Of a stretch of DNA of 64,000 nt, positions 37,585-51,745 are shown one piece after another (position 1 is the first letter of the stretch; the number at the start of each line of letters is the position of its first letter). The position numbers and the translations under genes were made by a program. This DNA is from Azolla caroliniana (Eukaryota > Plantae > Polypodiophyta): positions 7,626,001 through 7,690,000 of the forward strand of contig JBHGNT010000009.1 in the NCBI GenBank assembly GCA_043228905.1, read 5' to 3'. Under the pieces are notes generated by a model, which did not search any database, was not told the DNA's origin, and saw only the letters and a program-made list of their open reading frames with translations.

Positions 37585-40500
37585 ATTAAACTACTGACAA
37601 CCAATGCATATGGTACTTTCCTCATCTCGGCCTTTTCTTTCTCCCCTTTGGGGCATTGCTTGGCATTCAACTTGTAGTTTGTCGGCAACACAGAACCAAC
37701 TTGTGTTGCTTTTGACACGTTTAATCTTTCCAAGATCTTTGTCACATATTTTTCTTATGACAACCATAACACTTTCTTAGTTCTGTCTCGAACTATATGC
37801 ATCCCCAAGATCAGTTTGGCCGGTCCAAGATCTTTCATGGAAAACGACTTTCCTAGGGCTTTCATTAAGCTCATGATCTTCTTTGTGTCCTGCCCAACTA
37901 TTAACATGTCATCCACATATAATAGGAGAATCAAGAAGTCACCTTCATCATACCTTTTTTAAAACACAACGATAAGCTTGTGTTTTATGGAACCCATGTT
38001 CTAGCATGAAGGATTCGAACTTCTTGTACCATTGGCGTGGAGCTTGTTTCAAACCATACAAGCTTTTCTTTAGTCGACACACAATGTTCTCTTTTCTTTT
38101 CTCCATAAAGCCTTCAGGTTGTTGCATGTGGATTTCTTCGTCTAGCTCCCCATGCAAGAATGTTGTTTTGACAACCAACTGTTCAATCTCCAAATCCATA
38201 CTGGCAGTTATGGTCAAAACAGTTTAGATGGATGTCATCTTCACAACTGGGGCGAATATCTTGTCAAAGTCGACACCCTTTTTCTGTTGAAATCCCTTCA
38301 CCACAATGCGGGCTTTATATCTGGGTGCATTGTCGACTTTTCCAGTTTTCACCTTATAGACCCGTTTGTTTCTAAGTGCTCTCTTCCCTTTCGACAACTC
38401 AACCAGGTCATAGGTGTAATTTTTATGCAAGGAGTCCATCTCATCTTGCATTGCGCTCAACCATTTCTTTTTGTGCTCATCGGCTACGACTTCATCATAA
38501 TATTCCGGTTCACCTTCATCAGTCAAAATGACATATTGGCTGGTGTATGGTGTGGGTGCTCTCCATTTGTTTGAGTGGATATCTCTTGCCTCCCCTTGTC
38601 AGCTCAAGTTCAGATGTCTCTACCGACTTTTCATTCGGCTCAGGTTCATGCATGTTTGTCGGTTGTTGGAGTTCTGTTGACTTCGACTCATATGACTCAA
38701 TCGACTTCAGTAGGTCAGCTGACTCCAACTCCAACTCCATCTCATATGTGTTTGTCGGTTGCTCCAAGTTGACCGACTCGGATTCGGCTTTTTCAACTAG
38801 CTATCTTCTAACAATCGACTGTGCCGAGTCGGGTAGTCCTGTATTTGGAGTTGGCTGAAAAGACGACCCCGCCTGCTGCTGTTTCCAGTATTCGATTGTC
38901 TGATCGTCCATAAACACTAAGTCTCGACTCCTCACAACCTCTATGTCGAGAAGGTCCCATTGACCATAGCCGAATTCATCCTTCGAGTATCCCAAGAATA
39001 TACATGGTTTTGACTTCCTCTCGAGCTTCGAGCTCTGATCCTTAGTTACATGAATATATACCAGGCATCCGAACACCCTCATGTGTTGGTAGGAGATATC
39101 TTTACCTAACAACACCCATTGTGGAACATCACCTTTCAGAGGCACTGATGGAGACCTGTTGATCAGATAAACAACCGTGTACATCGCCTCAACCCAATAT
39201 GATTTCGGCAACTTTGCATGCGACATCATGCTCCTCATTCTTTCCATGATCGTCCGATTCATCCTCTCTGCAAGTGCATTCAACCCAGGGGTCTTTGGCA
39301 TTGTATACTTGAGTCTTATGTCCCAGGCCTTGCAGTACTCCTCGAATTATCCTCTGTACTCGCCACTGTTGTCAGTTCGGTCAGGCTTCAACTTTCGACC
39401 ACACTCCTTTTCAGCCCTGGCCTGAAATTCTTTGAAAACTGACAACACCTGATCTTTCGATTTAAGTGCAAAAGCCCACAACTTCTTGTAGTAGTCGTCC
39501 ACCACAATGTGAGAGAGCATCCACGTAGCACAAAGTACTATGTGGATCTAGATGAATGTCACAAAGTACTGTCCACCACAATGCGATGGAGCATCCACGT
39601 AGCACACATCCGTGTGGACCAGTTCTAGTGCACATTCTCCCCTATTTGGTGGTCATGAGTGGAATGTTGCTCTGTTTTGCTTTCTGACCAAGCAGTCGAC
39701 ACACTTCTCGAGGTGCACTCCGTTTACTTCTGGAAGGAGTTTTTGGTCAGCTAGGATATGCATTCCCTTCTCGCTCATATGACCAAGCCTCTTATGCCAT
39801 ATCTCTCCACTTGAGTCAACAACCACATTTGCTTCATCCTTGCACATCTTCGTTTGCATCATATACAATGTTCCATGTTTCTGTGCTCGGGCCACTATGA
39901 AGTTCCCATGACAAAACTTCCATTTGCCATTTCGAAAACTACCATTGTAACCTTCATTGTCCAATTTTCCAGTTGATATCAGATTTAGTTTGATATCAAG
40001 GACATGTCGAACACCCCTCAGCGTCAGCCGACAACCGATCAATGTTGTTAGGCACACACTTCCCATGCCAGCTATCCTGCATTCTCCATTATCTCCCATC
40101 TTCACATAGCCATAGTCACCGGTTGTGTAAGATGAGAACCACTCTCTAGAATGAGTTATGTGGAATGATGCACCGATGTCAACCATTCAGGTGCTCTCTT
40201 CATTTGCAAGGTTTGTACTTGCTTGCTCATAAATGAAAAGGAGTTCCTCTTCCCTTGTAGCCATGAATGAAGTGCCCTTTTCCTTAGAAATCTTTCTAGG
40301 TTCGACATCATTTGAGACACTTTTGTCCTACTTAAAGTGTCTACAATCCTTCTGAAAGTGTCGACAACATGCTCCTCATTCTTTCTATGATCGTCCGATC
40401 TATCCTCTCTGCAAGTCCGTTCAACTCAGGGGTCTTTGGTAATGTGTATTGGACTCGAACATCTTGAGCCTTGCAATATTCTTCGAACTATCCTCTCTAC

Positions 40501-40793
40501 TCACCACTGTTATCGGTTCGACTAACCTTCAACTTCAAACCTGACTCTCTTTCAGCTTTGGCCTGGAACTCCTTGAAGAATGACAATACTTGATCCTTCT
40601 ACTTTAGTACAAATGCCCACAACTTCTGATTGTAGTCGTAAATAAATGTTACAAAGTACTTACTATCCACTGCAATGTGACAGAGCATGCACGTAGCACA
40701 CGTCCGTGTGTACTAGTTCCAATGCAGTTTCTCTTCTTCTTGGTGGTCTCGAGTGGAATGCAACTCTGTTCTGCTTTCCGACCAAGCAATCGA

Positions 40794-42934
40794 TGTTGGG
40801 AGACAGGTCCCTCCGGATGGGAAGGGAGAAGAACAGTGCTGATGAGCAAACTCGGCCGAGGCCGAAACCGGATGAGGAGTACCTGGCTACGGAGAGCCGG
40901 ATGGTGTAGGCCCGGTGAGAACCGGATGAGGAGTACCCGGTTACGGAGAGCCGGATGGTGCAGACCCGGTGAGAACCGGATGAGGAGCACCCGGCTACGG
41001 AGAGCCGGATGGTGCAGACCCGGTGAGAACCGGATGAGGAGTACCCGGCTACGGAGAGCCGGATGGTGAAGACCCGGTGAGGAGTGCTCACCGGATGAAG
41101 AGACATATTCGTAAATATGTTTCTGAGAGTCCATCGTGGCTATATTTGTAAATAGCCGAAAAGTCATATTAGTATAAATATGACTTAGGGCAAACTTTTG
41201 TAGTGTTGTTGTCATTCTTGTGTTTGCAAGATCAGAGCGCATAACAGTGTACAGAGAAAGAGAGAGAAAGAGGTCGTTGCCTCTGTTGTAACCGCCGCCT
41301 GTGGCGAAGATCGTGAGCGCGAGGTCGTTGCCTCCGTGAGCTCATTGTTGTAATTATTGTGACATAGTGATAGTTAGCAGTCAGTGGACTGCCGTGGTTT
41401 TTCCCTCTCAGGGTTTTCCACGTTAAACATCATGTGTACTCTTCTCTCAATAGTTGGACTACTTTCAATAGTTGGCATTTTGCATAATCTTAGTATTTCC
41501 TTTCCTTTCCAATGCACGAGACTACATTGTAGCCGGCATTTGTATTCAACATATGTTTTACCCTTCCGTTGTAACCAATATACCTTGCATCACTCTCCCT
41601 CCCACTCACTTTCTCTTGCATGATATCCTTCCCCCATAGTCTCACTCTATATTAACTTTACCCCTCTTTTATCTTTACCTAATTCTCAACATACCCTTAC
41701 CTATTTTCAACTCTACCCCTTCCCTAACTTTTCGATATTTCCACTATACCCTCCCCCTTACTTTTCCTTATCTTTAACTCTACCCCTCCCCTAACTTTTC
41801 CATATTTTCACTATACCCTCCCCCTTACTTTTCCTTATCTTTAACTCTACCCCTCCCCTAACTTTTCCATATTTTCACTATACCCTCCCCCTTACTTTTC
41901 CTTATCTTTAACTCTACCCCTTCCCTAACTTTTCCATATTTTCACTATACCCTCCCCCTTATTTTTCCTTATCTTTAACTCTACCCCTTCCCTAACTTTT
42001 CAATATTTTCACTATACCCTCCTCCTTACTTTTCCTTATCTTTAACTCTACCCCTTCCCTAACTTTTCAATATTTTCACTATACCCTCCTCCTTACTTTT
42101 CCTTATCTTTAACTCTACCCCTTCCCTAACTTTTCAATATTTTCACTATACCCTCCCCTTACTTTTCCTTATCTTTAACTCTACCCCTCACATTTTAACT
42201 TTTAGCATCCTCCCCTAATTCAGTTTCTCCTATTTTCCAATTCTACCCATCACCTCTTAATTTTTAGCCTCTTCCCCTCATTCTCCTTTTTCCTATTTTC
42301 TAATCCTACCCCTCCCCTCACCTTTTATTGTTTCCAAATTTTATTATTATTTTTCTAACCATCACCTCCCCCTTATTTTTTCCTAATTTGATCTTCTACC
42401 CCTCCCTTTACTTTTTCATTGCCACTCTAACTTTACCCCTACCTTTCCCTAACTCACGCCAAGTATATGAAACGATTTGGGTGCGCTTGAATCGTTCTTG
42501 GTGATCTTTTCACTTCATTCCCACTTTGTCAATTTACTCTACCCCTGTCTCGTTCACTAATTTCAATCTACCCCTTTCCCCCTTCCTTTTTTCTAGAATT
42601 ACATTCATACCCCTCCCTCTTTTAGTAATTTTCTCGTACCCCTCCCCCTTTCATTCTTCTTAATCTCACTCTACCCTTTCCTCCTCCACTTTAATTTCCA
42701 ATCTACCCTCCAATTCTTCCTACCCCCCTCCTTTTTTCAAAGATCTCCATACAATCTAACATACTTCACCATCCCTAACTCCCACCTCACACACTTCTCT
42801 CCTACCCTTCCTCTCTCTTTCTCTCTCACACTCCCCTACATGTTTTTCAAATAAGCCCAAAAAATCTTCTATCCCACACCAAATATATCAAACCCCATAT
42901 CTCCTACATCATCAAATTTGAACACACACGCACA

Positions 42935-42979
<45 letters not shown>

Positions 42980-43926
42980 CCCTTATCTTCCCTATATAAA
43001 CCCCTCCAATTCTATATGGTCATGTGCACTGATGAGCTCCTTAGGAGCGAAACTAGTTTGCCATATTGACCATTTCTTTGCATTACTTTTTAAGTTTCTT
43101 AATATGAATTAGTTTTTAGTCTATTTCTCTCTCTCTAAACTTTGTACATCTCTCTCTCTCTCTCCATAATTCTCACTCTTAATCTCACATTCACCCACCG
43201 ATTGTATACCGTTCGCACTCCTTGTATTGACCTCACGGTCTAGAACTCACAAACCGGATGAGGAGTACCTGGCTACGGAGAGTCAGATGGTGTAGACCCG
43301 GTGAGAACCGGATGAGGAGTACCCGGTTACGGAGAGCCGGATGGTGCAGACCCGGTGAGACCCGGATGAGGAGCACCCGGCTACGGAGAGCCGGATGGTG
43401 CAGACCCGGTGAGAACCGGATGAGGAGTACCCGGCTACGGAGAGCCGGATGGTGAAGACCCGGTGAGGAGTGCTCACCGGATGAAGAGACATATTCGTAA
43501 ATATGTTTCTGAGAGTCCATCGTGGCTATATTTGTAAATAGCCGAAAAGTCATATTAGTATAAATATGACTTAGGGCAAACTTTTGTAGTGTTGTTGTCA
43601 TTCTTGTGTGTGCAAGATCAGAGCGCATAACAGTGTACAGAGAGAGAGAGAAAGAGGTCGCTGCCTTTGTTGTAACCACCGCCTGTGGCGAAGATCGTGA
43701 GCGCGAGGTCGTTGCCTCCGTGAGCTCACTGTTGTAATTATTGTGACATAGTGATAGTTAGCAGTCAGTGGACTGCCGTGGTTTTTCCATCTCAGGGTTT
43801 TCCATGTTAAACATCTTGTGTACTCTTCCCTCCATTGTGTCATGCTTTCATTTCCCGTTTTCTGTGTATGATTCTAAGCTCGGTTGTGGCCGAGCGTTGC
43901 GCATAAGGAATGTGTAGTTCCCGTCA
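40794..43926 (+). mobile_element. Copia-type element C reduced to two partial LTRs around 1.8 kb of unrelated DNA
   Basis: TG...CA ends, TSD ATCGA; ~585 bp shared between 40865-41448 and 43251-43832; 54-bp tandem repeats in the LTR; same LTR family as 51145-57183. Confidence 0.82.
41690..42190. repeat. 67-bp tandem minisatellite (33+34 bp dimer), ~7 copies, degenerate flanks to ~42800
   Basis: ACTCTACCCCTCCCCTAACTTTTCCATATTTTC-ACTATACCCTCCCCCTTACTTTTCCTTATCTTTA; period measured 41777 to 41844. Confidence 0.92.
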
Positions 43927-44723
43927 ATCGACACACTTCTCCAAGTGCACTCCTTTTACTTCAGGGAGGAGTTTCTGGTCGGTTAGGATATGCATTCCCT
44001 TCTCGCTCATGTGGCTAAGCCTCTTGTGTTATAACTCTCCACTCAAGTCGGCAACCACATTCACTTCATCCTTGCACAGATTGGTTTGCATCACATACAA
44101 TGTCCCCTGTTTCTGTGCTCGGGCCACTATGAGGTTCCCCCAATAGAACTTCCATTTGCCATTTCAAACATTACCATTGTAGCCTTCATTGTCTAATCTT
44201 CTAGTTGATATCAGATTTAGTTGGATATCAAGGACATGTCGAACATCCCTCAGGGTCAGCCGACAACCAGTCGACATTGTTAGGCACACACTCCCATGCT
44301 GGCTATCCTTCATTCTCCATCTTCACATGGCCATAATCACCGGCTGTGTAAGACGAGAACCACACTCTGAAAGGAATTATGTGGAATGATGCACTAGAGT
44401 CAACCACCCAAGTGCTCTCTTCATTTCCAAGGTTTGTACTTGCTTGCTCTCAAATGAACAGGATTTCCTCTTCACTTGTCGCCACCACTGAAGTGCCCTT
44501 TTCCTCAGAAATATTTTTGGGTTTGACATCATTTGAGACACTTTTGTCCTTCTTAAAGTGTCTACACTCCTTCTGAATGTGTCCAGGTTTTTGACAATGA
44601 AAGCGTGGAAGCTTACCTCTAGACTTGGATCTGGCATGGGACTTGTCTCTTCTTTGTTTGTTCCTTCCTCTGCCCGAATGTTGTAACACATTTGCATCTA
44701 ACTAGGATAGGACACCCTTGTCC

Positions 44724-47700
44724 TGACGAGAAATATGCGGAATAATCTCCGGCCACAACCGAAGCGTAGATTACTTGATGACAATCAAACACAAAAGAAA
44801 TGGGAATGGAGGTAAGTACACAAAACAGAAAGAGAATACACGGGATATTAACGTGGAAAACCCTGAGAGGGAAAAACCACGGGAGTCCACAGACTCCAAA
44901 CTATCAATATATCAAGTAATACAACAGGGAGCACAGAGGCAACGAACTCTTGCTCACAATCTTCGCCTAGCGGCGGTTACAACAGAGACACAATCTCTGT
45001 ATATCACTCTCTCTCTCTCTACGCACTGTACAGGAGTTACACCAATAACTCTACAATCTACATCGAGTTTGCCCTAGGTCATATTTATACTAATATGACT
45101 TTCAGGCTATTTACAAATATAGCCCCAGTGGGATCTCTGGAACATATTTACATATATGTCCCTTCATCTGATGAGAGGTTCTCACCGGGCCTGCAACATC
45201 CGATTCTCACCGGTTCTTCCTTGCCGGGTACTCGTCATCCGGTTCTCACCGAGTTTACATCATCCGGTTCTCACCGAGTTTACATCATCCGGTTCTCACC
45301 GGGTCTTCCTTGCCGGGTACTTGTCTTCCGGTTCTCACCGGATCTGCATCATCCGGTTCTGGGTACTCCACATCCGGTTCTCACCGGGTCTTCCGTTGCC
45401 GGTTACTCCACATCCGGTTCTCACAGGGTCTTCTGATGCCGGGCCTTCGTATCCCATTCGGAGGGACCGAGATCCTAACAAACTCCCCCTTCACTCTGGC
45501 ATGGGATGCCTCGCCAATCCGATCCACTTCCGGCATGCGTCTAGCTTGTCGGGCGTCAACACCTTGGTTAGCATATCTGACCCGTTCTCCTCCGTGTGGA
45601 TCTTCTTCAGCACGAACTCTCGGTCTTCTACTTGCTCTCGAATCTAGTGGTACCTCCGTTGGATGTGCTTCGTCCTGGAATGATACGCTGCGTTCTTCAT
45701 AAGGTGGATGGCACTTTGACTGTCGCAATAGAGCCAGTATTCCTCTTGCCGGATCCCTAGCTCTTCGATGAAGTCCTTCATCCATAGTATTTCCTTGCTG
45801 GCTTCCACAACCGCCATGTACTCCGCTTCCGTGGTTGACAAAGCAACTGTCTTCTGCAGCCTCGATTGCCACGAAACTGCTCCCCCCGCATATGTCATGA
45901 CATATCCGGATGTTGACCGGTTGGTATCCGCATCAGCCGACATATCCGAATCGGTGAAACCGTCAAGTTGGGGTTTACCGGAGCTGAATTGGAGACACAT
46001 ACTTGAGGTGCCTTTCAAGTATCGAAGTATCCATTTTACCGCATTCCCATGCTCCTTGCCAGGATTGCTCATAAACCGGCTCACCACTCCGATTGCATAT
46101 CTGATATCTGGTCGGGTACACACCACTGCGTACATTAGGCTCCTGACGGCAGAGGCATATAGTATCTTCATCATATCCGCCTTCTCTGCCTTCTTCTTCG
46201 GGCTTTGCTTACCTGATAACCTGCAGTTTTCCGGGACTGTCGATCCGACCGGTTTCGCATCTGACATGTTGACCCGCTGAAGCACCTTTGTCACGTACTT
46301 CTCCTGTGACAGCCACAATTGCTTCGTTTGCCAGTCCCGGATGATATGCATCCCCAGCATCTGTCTTGCCGGACCCAAGTCTTTCATTGAGAAGGTCTGG
46401 TTCAGGGCCTTCTTCAGCATCCGTATCTTGACTTGGTCTCGTTCGACGATCAACATGTCGTCCACGTACAAAAGGAGTATCAGGAAGTCTCCACCTTCGA
46501 ACTTCTTCACAAATACGCAGTGATCGGTCTGTGTCTTGTGGTACCCTTGATCGGTCATGAAGGAGTCAAACTTCTGGCACCATTGCTGGGGAGCCTGCTT
46601 CAACCCGTAGAGGCTCTTTTTAACCGGCAAACCAGGTGCTCCTTCCCTTTCTTCACAAATCCCTCCGGTTGCTGCATGTAGATCTCCTCTTCGAGGTCGC
46701 CGTGGAGGAACGCCGTCTTCACGTCTAACTACTCTACCTCAAGGTCCATGCTTGCCGCTATGCTCAACATCGTCCGGATGGAAGTCATCTTTACTACCAG
46801 GGAAAATATCTTGTCGAAGTCCACGCCCTTCTTCTGCTGGAACCCCTTCACCACGATCCTGGCTTTGTACCTGGGAGGGTTGTCGGCATCTCCCGGTTTC
46901 AACTTGTACACCCACTTGTTTCGGAGTGCCCTCTTTCCTTTCAGCAACTCCACCAATTCATACGTGTGGTTCTCATGCAGGGCATCCATCTCGTCCTGCA
47001 TGGCACTCAACCACTTGTGGCTATGGGTGTCACCCTTCGCTTCTTCGAAGCTTTCCGGCTCCCCCTCATCGGTCAGCAACACATGTTCTGCATCCAGAAA
47101 TCTCCAGGGGGCCCTTCTCTCTCTGAGAGGCTATCTCCATCTTTGGCTTTCGGCAATCGGCTCCTCTATTTGTTCTTCATCCGAATCCGATTCGGGGTCT
47201 TGGCTGGTTTCGGTTTCAGCTTCCTCTACTTCTTCTTCTGCCGGTTCGGTATCCTCACCGTAATCGGCTGGTTCCTCGAGTGTCAACCGGCTCTTAGCTA
47301 GTGGGTCCGAATCTCATCGGAGTTCATTATCTTCTTCTCCGACTCCCAATCGGCAAGAGTCTTGTCCTCCATGAAGATAATATCTTGGCTCCGGAAAACC
47401 TTCTTGTCAACCGGATCCCACACTTGGTAGCCTAACTCATCATCGTTGTATCCAAGGAATATGCATGGCCGGGTCTTTGGATCCAGCTTTCCTCTCCGGT
47501 CCGGTTCATCCTCTCAGCCAGCCCGTTTAGTTCCGGCATCTTCGGCACAGTAAATTCGAGCCGGATTCCCTTCGAGTGGCAGTACTCCTCGAACTGCCCC
47601 CGGTATTCTCCTCCGTTATCTGCTCGAACCGCCTTCAGCTTCCGTCCGGATTCTCTTTCCACTCTTGCGTGGAGCTCCTTGAAGACGGATAACACCTGAT

Positions 47701-50020
47701 CCTTCGTCTTCAACGGTGTGACCCACAGCCTCCTGCTGTGGTCATCTATGAATGTCACGAAGTACTGTGCTCCGGCATGGGACTTTGTGTCCACTTGACA
47801 CACATTGGTATGCACCAACTCCAATGGTGCATTACCTCTCATCAATGGCCTTGATTGGAAGGAGGTCCGGTTTTGCTTACCGGCTAGGCAGTCGGTGCAC
47901 CTTTCAAGATACACGTTCTTCACCGGAATGAGGTTGTCATCGACAAGCCTCTTCATCCCCTTCACACTCATGTGACACAGTCTCTTGTGCCACAGCTCAC
48001 CGGCAGTGTCGGATGAGACGTTCACTTCTTCCGGGCATAACCGGGCATTCATCAGGTACAACGTGTTTACCTTCCGGGCCCGAACCACTATCAGGCTCCC
48101 TTTGCTGAATTTCATGACTCTGTTCCGGATGTTACCCATGTAGCCTTAATCATCTAGCCGATCGGCTGATATCAGGTTTAGACAAACCTCCGGAACGTGT
48201 CAGACATCCTTCAGCAACAACTTGCATCCGGTTGGTGTTGTCAACCACACGTCTCCTATGCCGACAATTCGGCATGTACCTTCATTCCCCATCCGGACAT
48301 AGCTGTGATCACCAGCTCTGTAGGATGAGAAGCATTTCCGGTCCGGGGTAAGGTGGAACGACGCTCCGGAATGGACAACCCACGTTGTCTTGTCGCCGGC
48401 AAAGTTCAACTCACTCTCCTTGGTGATGAGCATCAACTCTTCTTCACTTGCTGCGATTGCCGTCGTTCCCTTCCGGTCCGGTCCCCTCCGGTCTTTACCG
48501 TTCCGGTCCGGTGTCCGCTTCGAATCGGTACCGTCGGTTTCCTTGTCTTTTCGGAAGTGCCGACAGTTCTTCTGGAAGTGGTGTCCTGGCTTGCCGCAAT
48601 AAAGGCAAGTAGGCCTCCCCCTTGACTTTGACCGTGTCCCCGACTTTTCCCGGTTCTGGGGACTACGGTTCCTTTGTCTTCCGCGTTCCGATTTGGTAAG
48701 GAGCGCTTTGGAGTCGGAGCTCGTATCCTTGTCTTTCCGACGAGCCTCCTCATCTAGCAAGCTCGACTTCACTCTTGCTAGGGATAACTGCTTCCCTTCT
48801 GGCCCGACGTTGCCCAAAGTGACAACCAACGTCTCCCAGCTATCAGGGAGGGAACCGAGCAGGAGTAGTGCTAGTACCTCATCGGCGAGAGGTACTTCCA
48901 ATGATGTTGCCTGGTGGATCAGCCCCTGGAAGGCATTCATGTGCTCCGCCATTCTGGAGCCATCTTGGTACCGGAGTCTTACTAGCTTCCGAAATACCGA
49001 AACATGATTAACAACATTTCTGTTCTGAAACATAATGCCGATCTTCTCCCAGAGCTCATGAGCCTTGCTCTCTTCATTGAAGTTGTTGTATAGGTTCATG
49101 TCAATGAAGCACCATATGTACGCCGTTGTCTTCATGTGCATCACCTCCCATATCATGGTATCGATCTTGTCCGGTCTCTTGTTCTTGAACTGAACCGGCA
49201 ACCAAAGATCTTTAACCACAAGCATGTCCCTCATCTTCGACTTCCACACTGAGTAATTGGAGCCGGTGAGCTTGAACATGCCTCCCAACGAATCGTCCAT
49301 TTTTCTGTGTCGTTTCGCTCTGATACCAAATTGACGAGAAATATGCGGAATAATCTCCGGCCACAACCGAAGCGTAGATTACTTGATGACAATCAAACAC
49401 AGAAGAAATGGGAATGGAGGTAAGTACACAAAACAGAAAGAGAATACACGGGATATTAACGTGGAAAACCCTGAGAGGGAAAAACCACAGGAGTCCACAG
49501 ACTCCAAACTATCACTATATCAAGTAATACAACAGGGAGCACAGAGGCAACGACCTCTTGCTCACAATCTTCGCCTAGCGGCGGTTACAACAGAGACACA
49601 ATCTTTGTATATCGCTCTCTCTCTCTCTCTCTACACACTGTACAGGAGTTACACAATAACTCTACAATCTACATCGAGTTTGCCCTAGGTCATATTTATA
49701 CTAATATGACTTTCGGGCTATTTACAAATATAGCCCCAGTGGGATCTCTGGATCATATTTACATATATGTCCCTTCATCCAGTGAGAGGTTCTCACAGGG
49801 CCTGCAACATCCGGTTCTCACCGGCTTTCCGGGTACTCGTCATCCGGTTCTCACTAGGTCTGCATCATCCGGTTCTCACCGGGTCTTCCTTGCTGGGTAC
49901 TTGTCTTCCGGTTCTCACCGGGTCTACATCATCCGGTTCTAGGTACTCCACATCCGGTTCTCACCGGGTCTTCTGATGCCGGGCCTTCGTATCCCATCCG
50001 GAGGGACCGAGATCCTAACA
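44724..50020 (-). mobile_element. Ty1/copia element D, full-length, relatively young, nested in the gag of copia A
   Basis: LTRs 49332-50020 and 44724-45480; TSD TGTCC; Met PBS 49317-49328; PPT 45481-45490. Confidence 0.96.
45500..49300 (-). pseudogene. Copia D gag-pol (gag/protease 48200-49300, integrase 47432-48139, RT/RNase H 45644-47082)
   Basis: CLYCGKPGHHFQKNC knuckle, WVVHSGASFH, ADNGGEY, LLLYVDDML, STTEAEY; a few stops and frameshifts. Confidence 0.93.
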
Positions 50021-51745
50021 TGTCCTTCCTTCTTGTCTCCTCCTTCAAGATACTTGTCTTTACCACTTGTAGAGACAAGTTTTCTTCTTGACACGAGGTG
50101 TTGAGTGTCACCACCAGGTTCTCCCAACTATCCAGGAGGGTACACAAGAGCAACAAAGCTTGCAAAGCATCATCAAGGGGGAACTTGGCTACCACAAGTT
50201 GATTTACTAGCCCCATGAAGGTGTTGATGTGTACTACTATGCTTTCGTCATCTTTGTACTTCAGCCTTACTATCTTTCTCATCAAAGATGTCTTGGAACT
50301 TCTAACACATCTTGTAGGCATTAGTGTCGTTAGCCACATGCTCAAGGACACTCACATCTACTCATTCTCTGATTGTGGTCACCGTATTCCTGTATAGGAA
50401 TGCATACTCTAATACCCATGTGGGTATTTCTTCTCTATTGATGGGCTCACACAGATCTTTGCCAATCAGAAGATCTTCCATTTTGATCTTCCAATCGGAG
50501 TAGTTATGTAAGTTTAGGACTATCATATGTGGGAAGCCGCTCACACCTCCTTCCATTATTGCACCTCAAGCTCTGATACCAATTTAATAGGAAAGAGACC
50601 GTAGATCTTCGAGAAGGATATGCTGAAATATATATATAGTACGGAAACAGAAAACAACAAGATAGACAGAACACACAGTACACAGGATTTACTTGGAAAC
50701 CATAAAACAGGGAAAACCACAGGAACAGATATTCCATTATGTGAATGGAAAGTACACAAGAAAGAATAGGTTACAACTCTCTAATAATGAATAGAGAATA
50801 CCAACTTAGGGTTCTCGGCAAGTTTCTCAAAACTGTGCCACCGCTCTCTCGCTCGTGCTCTCTAACTTCTTACTTTCTCACTTTGTTAAACTCTGTACAA
50901 CACTTCGTTATGTTCTACACACATCGCACTATGTTTTTCCTAGTTGTATTTATACTCATACAGAGGATGGACTATTTACAAAGATAGCTTTCACTATGAT
51001 TACTATTATTAATCTCAGATGATCAGCCAACTAATCGACTCCTATGTCAATTCTCCATTCGGCCCGACTAGCCGACTCCCATGTCAGCTATCCAGTTGAC
51101 CCAACTAGTCGACCTTCTCCTTGACCTGGAGCATCCATCATGTATGTTGGGAGACAGGTCCCTCCGGATGGGAAGGGAGAAGAACAGTGCCGACGAACAA
51201 TCTCGGCCGAGGCCGAAACCGGAAGAGGAGTACCCGGCTACGGAGAGCCGGATGGTGCAGACCCGGTGTGAACCGGATGAAGAGTACCCGGCTACAGACC
51301 GATAGGCCGAGGCCGAAACCGGAAGAGGAGTACCCGGCTATGGAGAGCCGGATGGTACAGACCCGGTATGAACCGGATGAAGAGACATATTAGTAAATAT
51401 GTTTCTGATAGTCCATTGCGGCTACATTTGTAAATAGCCGAAAAGTCATATTAGTATAAATATGACTTAGGGCAAACTTTTAGATAGTTGTTGTCATTCT
51501 TGTTGGTGTAAGTATAGAGAGTGTGCGTAATTGTACAGAGAGAAAAGAAAGAAAGAAAGGTGTATTAATGTCTTCTAAGGCCAAATTTGGCCCATGAGAC
51601 AATTGGTTTACAACAATAGAGTATTTATCCAGTCATCATAACTAAAAATAAAATTAAGTAAAAAAAAATAGAACTTAAACTAAAAGAGTTCTAGTAGTGT
51701 ACAATATGTAGTATACTCGAAAGTGACTATACACTAAGCCTAATT

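Noticed and set aside
40649-41242. 197-aa repetitive ORF (SPGLHHPALRSRVLLIRF)n, with similar ORFs at 43233-43679 and 45095-45702
   Set aside because: Product of 54-bp (in-frame) tandem repeats inside LTRs; open in several frames on both strands.
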